Source: Octopus sinensis
Lineage: Eukaryota
Assembly: GCF_006345805.1 (NCBI RefSeq)
Contig: NC_043003.1
Coordinates: 64,728,001 to 64,792,000 of the forward strand
DNA: 64,000 nt
Reading direction: 5' to 3'
Shown: piece after piece, positions 55,272 to 64,000 of the stretch
Layout of the letters: the number at the start of each line of letters is the position of its first letter
How positions within the stretch are numbered: the first letter of the stretch is position 1
Notes under the pieces: generated by a model
What the model was told of the DNA's origin: nothing
Seen by the model: the letters and a program-made list of their open reading frames with translations, nothing else
Databases searched by the model: none
Made by a program: the position numbers and the translations under genes

Positions 55272-56045
55272 TATAATAATAATAATAATAATGCAGTACC
55301 AGGCAGTGGCTCTCATGGCTTCTGATCTTAATTGATTGGAAGTGTTATCATGTACATTGTTTTGTCTTGGTATAAAAGATGGGCTACAGCAAATATTCTG
55401 CTCAATACCACAGATTTGCTTGTCAGTTGTTTGACTTTAACCAGTTGAGCATGTCCCTTAGTGACTGACGATATGTGCATCTCTGATCACGAGCAGAAGT
55501 AGTGGGGGAGCATCATAGCCATGTGTTGAGAGGAATTCTTTGGGGTTTGAATAATTCACCTCTGGAAACATGGGTGGTTGTTTCAACATCCTTAAACAAC
55601 CCTTATTCAGGGACCTTTTGAGCGGGATGGGCTACTCAACCTGAAGAAAATTCTAACTGGGCACCACCTGCAAGGTCATGTGCTGTTTATCTTGATATGA
55701 GATCACCATGTCGCGCACATATGGTTGTGATGCATGTGCCTGGTGTACCTTTATCAGACGGGTAGTCATGATGGGTATATTGGGCTTCGTATATTTTACC
55801 CCAGTGTCATTTTGATGGCATGAACTGCTCTCTCACTCAATAATAATAATAACAACAACAACAACAATAATCCTTTCTACTAAAGGCACAAGGCCTGAAA
55901 TTTTTGGGGAGAGAACTCGTCGATTACACCAACCCCAGTGTTTTACAGATACTTTATTTATCGACTGCCAAAAGGATGAACGGCAAAGTCGACCTCGGCG
56001 GAATTTGTACTCAGAACGTGCACACGATCCTGCCAGCTCAACACC
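54590..56045 (-). mobile_element. Cluster of four SINE family A monomers separated by (AAT)n tracts
   Basis: Copies at about 54590-54790, 54830-55015, 55050-55228 and 55870-56045. Confidence 0.75.
55293..55838. mobile_element. About 550 bp interspersed element embedded in (AAT)n, copy 1
   Basis: Highly similar along its length to 56788-57342, with the same ends, and both copies are flanked by AAT tracts. A fragment also lies at about 36480-36612. Confidence 0.8.
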
Positions 56046-56545
56046 TTATAAATAGACAAAATAAAAATGCGTAGTGTTTTTTTTATATATAAATATTATC
56101 GTATTTTATATTATCCTGCTGTGAACTTCCCATTAAATTTTAACTAGAATTACTGAAGAACGCGAGGCCTCATTCAATAAAATTATATTTAGGTTCATTT
56201 TACGACTGGGTATGAAAAACAAAATATATTAGAACAAAGAACAACAATTTAAAACCTAAATAAAACCTAAATAAAATACAGTTAGGTTTATTACTTGTAT
56301 TAAAAGATGGCTGAAAATAAAAGTCAGAGTAATCAAACAATGCATTTATACATAAATAATTTCTCTATTATGTCCATTCAAAAAGTTGTTTTGACTAATT
56401 TCGGTCAAAAAGACTTAAAATGAAAACGCTGGAGCTTGGCAGACGATCTGTCATGTGTCTGTTAACTAATTACATCGTAATATCTTGCTCATATTCTAAA
56501 CTCGATGATAATTTCTATATTTAACAGATGAGGAACTATGTACGT

Positions 56546-56725
56546 TATTTACATTATTTACATTATTTACATTTGACGGATATTTTTCCTCATCTTGTTT
56601 GTTGTCAACACAACGTTTCGGCTGATATACCCACGGGCATATGGCGTAGTGGTTAAGAGCGCGGTCTACTAACCCCAAGATTCCGAGTTCGATTCCACGC
56701 AGTGACCTGAATAATAATAATAATG

Positions 56726-56771
<46 letters not shown>

Positions 56772-57342
56772 TGATAATGATAATAAATGCCCTGATACAA
56801 TACCAGGCAGTGGCTCTCGTGGCTTCTGATCTTAATTGATTGGAAGTGTTATCACGTACATTGTTTTGTCTTGGTATAAAAGATGGGCTACAGCAAATAT
56901 TCTGCTCAATACCACAGATTTGCTTGTCAGTTGTTTGACCTTAACCAGTTGAGCATGTCCCTTAGTGGCTGACAATAGGTGCATCTCTGATCACGAGCAG
57001 AAGTAGTGGGGGAGCATCATAGCCATGTGTTGAGAGGGATTCTTTGGGGTTTGAAAAATTCACCTCTGGAAACATGGGTGGTTTTTTCAACATCCTTAAA
57101 CAACCCTTACTCAGGGACCTTTTGAGCGGGATGGGCTACACAACAAGAAGATAATTCTAACTGGGCACCACCTGCAAGGTCATGCGCTGTTTATCTTGAT
57201 ATGAGATGACCATATCGCGCACATATGGTTGTGATGCATGTGCCTAGTGTACCCTTATCAGACGGGTAGTAATGAAGGGTATACTAGGCTTCGTATATTT
57301 TACCCCAGTATCACTTTGATGACATGCACTGTTGTCCCACTC

Positions 57343-57406
<64 letters not shown>

Positions 57407-57550
57407 TCGAAAAATACTTCAGGAATGAGAACCCAGGTTTGGAATTTCTCCAAGACCCCTGATGAAGGCTGGAGGGTATATCAGCCGAAACGTTGTGTTA
57501 ACAAACAAGATGAAGACAAATATCCGTCAAATGTAAATAATGTAAATAAT
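56546..57550 (+). mobile_element. Composite element: inverted tail copy, tRNA-like head, (AAT)n, nested 550 bp insert, (AAT)n, hammerhead-like tail
   Basis: 56546-56632 is the reverse complement of 57474-57550. The head at 56635-56708 has an A box (TGGCGTAGTGG) and a B box (GAGTTCGATTCC). The tail contains CTGATGA-A-GGCTG..CAGCC-GAAACGTT at 57459-57494. Confidence 0.6.
56788..57342. mobile_element. About 550 bp interspersed element embedded in (AAT)n, copy 2
   Basis: Same sequence as 55293-55838, with (AAT)n on both sides. Confidence 0.8.
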
Positions 57551-58279
57551 GTCGATGATGATGTTTTGAAAATGTGTTAATAAGAATTATGCCTAGCTTA
57601 ATTTTTTTTTATTTCTAAGAAATATTATGGCCCTTCTGATCATTCAGTAACCCTTACAACGTCTCCATGACATGTTACTCCTTTGTAAGCTCGCTATAAC
57701 CATAAGAAGGTGCTACTCCGCCAGTTAAAAACCATTACATTGGATAAAAAAGATTATCTAAAAATAACTACATGGATACGTGGTATACCCTGGTGGTCAG
57801 TTATTGAAAGGGAGATAATCATTTCTAGTTAAATATTGATTGGGTTAGAAGTTTGAATTTAAATCGAAGAGGAAGGAAGAAGATGTAGAGAATACATACG
57901 TTTAATTTGTTTTTTCTTACTCATTACAAAGACCTTAAAGTTTCTAGCTATAGATAACTATGTACAGTACCATTTCATTCTTATTAGAAATCGTTTACAT
58001 GACATAAACCGAGGTAAATGAATTAAGCTAAATTAAACATTTTATAAAGCGAGACATTTCTTATAGATTGAAAATAATCACAGTTTAGAAGACATTCATA
58101 GAATGTTTGTTTTTCTTCTTTTTTTTTCATAAATCATTTGTATTTCAGCCGTTGAAAGAAATGAGAAAGTTCCTACCTACATAACAAAATAAAATATGAT
58201 CTAAATATTAGTAGGATATAATTTTCGTTTGAAAATAATTAAGTTATTAATTTTCATTCGTTATTCATTAATTTCCTTG

Positions 58280-58606
58280 GCTCCATGTGGTGCAAAGAGT
58301 ACCAACAATAGATCTCTATCTGTCGCCATCATTGGGATCCAATTGCAGTTGTCCCCAGGTGTAGCATCCTATCAGTGATTCAGTTTCTGTAGACTTTCTC
58401 AGTGTTGTTTTTGGTCTGCTGCGCTTCCGTCTCCATTGGAGGCTTTTCTTTGTAATTCTGGAAATAGGTTTCCATATGTTCTGTCTTAGCCAACCCCATT
58501 TATTCTTTTTGATCTTCTTTTTTTTTTGATAATTTACTATTTGGCCTGTTCCCACAAGGTTTTGTTCGTAAGTCTTTTTTTTTTACTATCTTACCCAAAG
58601 GATGTT

Positions 58607-58694
<88 letters not shown>

Positions 58695-59030
58695 AGAGAA
58701 AGAGTTATTCCGAAACGTTTGAAGCTTGCCGATGGACAACTTTGTGAATCGCTATATTTATTTTACACGCGTACAGAAGAATCGTCCTCATGTTCGTCCT
58801 GGGTTTCTTGCTTGTTGACTAAGTCTGAGATCACTTGACGGGTCTGAGCATCTCGAAGGCAATCGTAACTTCCCAAGCTTTGTTTTGACATCCTGGCCTA
58901 TTTCATTTTCTTACTACCGACGTTTCCCAAAGATGTGAAATGACTGACATCTTCGATTTCCCCTCAATATACTTTAACAATCCTCTACAATTTTCCTCAT
59001 CCCACGTTTTCTTATTCCCTTTCCTTCTAA
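58280..59030 (-). mobile_element. RTE-clade LINE 3' remnant interrupted by (GA)n
   Basis: Minus strand reads GEIEDVSHFTSLGNV...DVKTKLGKLR, then KWGWL...KPISRITKKSLQW.RKRSRPKTTLRK...TWGQL...DR. Confidence 0.72.
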
Positions 59031-59079
59031 TATTTCACCTTTTCATATAATCTATTTCCGTTCCCATCATACATACATA

Positions 59080-59252
59080 CGTGGCTGTGTGGTAAGTAGC
59101 TTGCTTACCAACCACATGGTTCCGAGTTCAGTCCCACTGCGTAGCACCTTGGGCAAGTGTCTTCTACTATAGCCTCGGGCCGACCAAAGCCTTGTGAGTG
59201 GGTTTGGTAGGCAGAAACTGAAAGAAGCCCGTCGTATATATGTATATATGTA

Positions 59253-59338
<86 letters not shown>

Positions 59339-59346
59339 ATATATAT

Positions 59347-59403
<57 letters not shown>

Positions 59404-59615
59404 TTGTGTGTCTGTGTTTGTCCCTCCCCCCAACATCGCTTGGCAACCAATGCTGGTGTGTTTACGTCCCCGTAACTTAGCTGTTCGGCAAAACAGCCGA
59501 TGGAATAAGTATTAAGCTTACAAAGAATAAGTCCTGGGGTCGATTTGCTCGAGTAAAGGCGGTGCTTCAGCATGGCCGCAGTCAAATGACTTAAACAAGT
59601 AAAAGAGTAAAAGAG
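59080..59615 (+). mobile_element. SINE family B full copy with expanded internal (TA)n
   Basis: Head, core and 3' half match 16427-16840, but the internal tract is about 170 bp. Confidence 0.88.
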
Positions 59616-59669
59616 TATACATAAGTACGTACATACATACATACATACATGTGTGCTCATGTTTGTATC

Positions 59670-59720
<51 letters not shown>

Positions 59721-60249
59721 GTACAAATATACCTATACATATGTAATACTTCACTACTTACACAAACACATACACCACACACGCACGCGCACCACATACA
59801 TTTACATACCCGTGCGTTCAAACATAGGTACACACGTTCTCCATTATACGTATGCTTAACGCGGTGCTCCAGCATTGCAGCTGTCAAATGACTGAAACAA
59901 GTAAAAGAATAAAAGAATAAAAGAATAAGTGGATAAATAAATAAATATATTTTATAAATATGTTACAATTCGCGGCTTTGATAAACCTACATTTAGCTTA
60001 GCTACGTAAGCATCCATTCGCTTTAGCCAGCGCACAGGCCCATAAATTAAACAATGGTTTTGTATCTGATGATTACAATATGTCTATCTCAGCAATTTAG
60101 CTGCGTAATATGCGCTGTAAACAAATGTACTCATAGACGAGGGGTCAGCGAACTGGGGTAAATTACCTCAAGTGGAGATAATGAGGACTCATTAGACATA
60201 AGTAAAATTATATATATAAAAAAAAACATGTTCCTTGTTACGAAACTCT

Positions 60250-60457
60250 TTTACTCTTTTACTTGTTTCAGTCATTTGACTGCGGCCATGCTGGAGGACC
60301 ACCTTTAGTCGAGCAATTCGACCCCAGGACTTATTCTTTGTAAGCCTAGTACTTATTCTATCGGTCTCTTTTGCCGAACCACTAAGTTACGGGAACGCAA
60401 ACACACCAGTATCGGTTTGTCAAGCGATGTTGGGGGAAAGAAACACAGAAACACACA

Positions 60458-60503
<46 letters not shown>

Positions 60504-60508
60504 ATATA

Positions 60509-60601
<93 letters not shown>

Positions 60602-60765
60602 TACGACGGGCTTCTTTCAGTTTCCGTCTACCAAATCCGCTCACAAGGTTTTGGTTGGTACGAAGCTATAGTAGAAGACACTTGCCCAAGGTGCCACGCA
60701 GTGTGACTGAACCCAAAACCACGAGGTTGGTAAGCAAGCTACTTACCACATACCCACTCCTGCGC
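60250..60765 (-). mobile_element. SINE family B full copy with expanded internal (TA)n
   Basis: Reverse complement of the family B pattern seen in other copies. Confidence 0.88.
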
Positions 60766-63029
60766 CGAAATCTTTCTTCTGACAACACTGCCTCTGTCTA
60801 ATGTAATTGAGTGTAAATTAATTCATATAAATAGGCGTAGGAGTGGCTGTGTGGTAAGAAGCTTACTTACGAACCACGTGGTTCCGGGTTCAGTCCCACT
60901 GCGTGGCACCTTGAGCAAGTGTCTTCTACTATAGCCTCGGGTTGACCAAAGCCTTGTGAGTGGATTTTGTACACGGAAACTGAAAGAAGCCCGTTGTATA
61001 TATGTGTATATAGATAAGAAATTAAAAAAGGAAAATACGCACACTTACATAGTTTTAATATATCAACCGGTTTCGCTATCGCTATTCATGATATTATGTT
61101 TTACTTATTTGAATATATATTTTTTCTTAAGAAGAAATGTGGTCCATGTTGTGTGTGATGAAATTCACGAGTGAATGACTTCACAAGTAGATAAAAACAT
61201 CGCTTGACAACCGATATTGGTGTGTTTGTGTCCCCGTAACTTAGCGGTTCGGCAAAAGAGACTGATATAATAAGTACTAGGCTTACAAAGAATAAGTCCT
61301 GGGGATCGATTTGCTCGACTGAAGGCGGTGCTCCAGCATGGCTGCAGTCGCATGACTGAAACAAGTAAAAGAGTAAAACGAGTAAATAAATTCAATAAAA
61401 CAGATTCAATATACATTTTGAATTCAAAGAATTTTTTCTTCCTTTCAAATCAGGGTAGGGCGGGGGGTAACGTCGGCGTAAATGAATGTATTTTGGAGTA
61501 ATTGGTTGGAAAAGTTCACCGAACCCCTGTCACAGACAAATTCGTAGAACTAAACCGTGTTACTTTAAGCGTTCTTCATGAGAACCTGCCGATAATTTAT
61601 TCCGTGTAGAAAAGGCGGCGAAGACACTCCCAATGAACCGACAAAAATCAAGGAAAACGAGTGAAACTGCCATTCGCCTTATTCTACAGAAAGAAAAGAA
61701 GAACAAACGAAGGAGTAAGAGAAAGAGAGAGAAAGAATGAAAGAGAATGCGTTCTAGTTAAACCATTTGGACCGTCATGCTAAATGGCATGTAAACTTAA
61801 TGGCAATTAATCCAGACATATACACACGAATATACATACACGCGCGCATGCTATAACAGTTGTTTATATGTGTGTGTGTGCGTCTATGTAAGAAATTATT
61901 TGTAAGAAATTATATGTACACACACATACACACACACATACACATATACATCAATACATGCATACATAAACACACACACTTGCATAAACATATATACATG
62001 TAAGTGTGTGGATGTATATGTGTGCATACACACATATATATATGCATGTGTATGCGTATATGTGTGTGTATATATATTGCACACACACACACACAATGAA
62101 ACACACACACGCATATATCTACATACAAACATACACACAGAAACACAAATAAACAATTACACACACAAACGCACACTTATGTGTTTGTGTGTTAATAGAT
62201 TAGACCCCTAAACCCCCTTCTACCCCCTCATACTGACAAACAGTCACACTCCAACTTACTTAAAGCCCCCACTCCCCATACCCCCTCACCCCACCATTCT
62301 CCATCCCTACAACTTTATCATCGTATCAACAGCACACACACCATATAAAGAGATTTCAGCCAACAGAAAAGGGCGCGTGCTCATCGTAAGCTTTTTTCCA
62401 AGTTTTTTCTATTGAAACGAGGCTTACACCTATTGTATATTCTGCGAGCGGATGTATAGCTTTCATATCAGCACCACTGAAGTAAATAAACACGGTTGGC
62501 AATGAATTTCCACGTTTACAATTGTTATTATTATTATTATTTCATTTATTTAATTTTTTTTTCTTTATATATTCCTTACCTAAGCTCAAAATGTTAAGCT
62601 TAATATGTCATGTGACTGATATGTACCGAGTGACGCATTTGTATTAATCCACCGTTAATCCATTTGACCGCTTGAAAAATGAAGGATTTTTCATAGATGT
62701 AAAATGGAAAAAAAAAAGAAAATGCATGATATTGGGGGACACCATGTGGGGGAGGATTGTGATTAAGAATACCTAGATCGGCATCTGTTCGCCACTCGCA
62801 TCTAGCTTTCCTTCCTTCCTTCCTTCCTTCCTTCGTAATCCATTCATTCTATTAATCCTTTCCTTCATTTATGTCCTCTTTTGTTCTGTCTATTGTTCTT
62901 TCTGCCTTTCTTCCTTTCTTCTACTTTGCTTTTCTTTCTTTCCTTCATTCATGCATTCTTTCTTTCTTTCTTTCTTCTCTTTTTCCTTTAGTGGGTTCTG
63001 TTTTGTAGTATTTTGTTGTTCATCGTCGA

Positions 63030-63170
63030 TAGCTGGTCTTTTCCGGAAAACTTTCAGGTTGGAGTCCACGAATAATTTCCAGAAATCCCTAGCCTGGCAG
63101 TGCTACCGTGTGGCATTGCCGGTTCGGGACAAATTCTACAGGCACGATAGCGCCTGCCTGAGATGGGCGT
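63030..63170 (+). mobile_element. Tx1/L1-like ORF2 fragment
   Basis: NNFQKSLAWQCYRVALPVRDKFYRH resembles the region before the L1/Tx1 C-terminal zinc knuckle. Confidence 0.5.
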
Positions 63171-63585
63171 AGAGAGACGAAATTGCCGAAGGACTGATAT
63201 CTTCCTCTCCAGCCAAGCCCTCATCAGCTTTTCAAAATTCCATTTGAAAAGAGTGGTTTGAGAGGGATATCCTGTACCCCAAAAAATTGTGAATATGAAA
63301 AAGCTGGTTCAAGTGAGTGGGCTTTCTCTAAGATGGCGTCTATGGGTTGAGGAGTACGGAGGAGACAAAAGCATTTACCATGGTACTTTTGGTAACTAGG
63401 GTGGATCAGGATATGTGAGGGTTCTGGATAGTCTTCAATGGTCCTGGATGACATTTCTCTATTAAGGATGTTGTTTGCTAAGAGTTTTTTTCTTTTTCGA
63501 ATTGCTTTTATTTCATGATTTACTCGTTTCTATGTAAATCCTCACTGTCCTTTGGCTTTGTTTCACGGCCCTTCTGGCCAATAAG

Positions 63586-63587
<2 letters not shown>

Positions 63588-63645
<58 letters not shown>

Positions 63646-63647
63646 CA

Positions 63648-63711
<64 letters not shown>

Positions 63712-63730
63712 CATTATTATTATTATTATT
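63588..63730. repeat. (TTA)n microsatellite
   Basis: Directly visible. (TAG)n lies at 17290-17418. Confidence 0.95.
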
Positions 63731-64000
63731 AAATAAAGCAGTGAGCTCGTACAATCGCTTGCATGCCGGGCGAAATACTGAGTGATTCCTAGTCTCACTC
63801 AGAGACCTCAAGAGACAACAAGTTAGACGTCCAAGTTGGTGTTATGCCTAGGGTGTGATATATTTGGTTTTGCACAAAGTATCGTTCTAGAGAATGTTTA
63901 AGAAAACAAGAAAATTATAAATTTGTTTTAAAATTTGAGATTACATGAGCACTATCTTTTAAATTTCTTCCATTTTTGGATTTCCTGACAACCAGCCCCT

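Noticed and set aside
56635-56708. tRNA genes (here and at SINE heads such as 647-720 and 13230-13300)
   Set aside because: A/B boxes are present but acceptor stems do not close, so these are SINE heads rather than tRNAs.

Overview
Eukaryotic, AT-rich, microsatellite-saturated genomic DNA, most likely an octopus/coleoid cephalopod (inferred from the tRNA-derived SINE families and very dense TA/CA/ATCT/ATGT/AAT repeats). One protein-coding gene is well supported. It is a plus-strand multi-exon gene with exons 5816-7034, 12386-13004, 21802-22190 and 25534-26215, all GT-AG and phase-compatible. It encodes about 22 leucine-rich repeats, an LRR C-terminal cap, a low-complexity linker and a trypsin-fold domain whose His/Asp/Ser catalytic motifs are all replaced (an LRR-pseudoprotease). 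Its 5' exon(s) were not found. The rest is repeat-derived: at least five tRNA-headed SINE families, Penelope-like remnants carrying hammerhead-ribozyme motifs (one fully intact type I hammerhead at 29442-29506, minus strand), and decayed Tc1/mariner (including DD37E), hAT, piggyBac, Helitron-like, R4/Dong-like, Tx1/L1 and RTE fragments. Most ORFs in the supplied track are microsatellite artefacts. All calls were made by eye with no database searches, and repeat boundaries are approximate.
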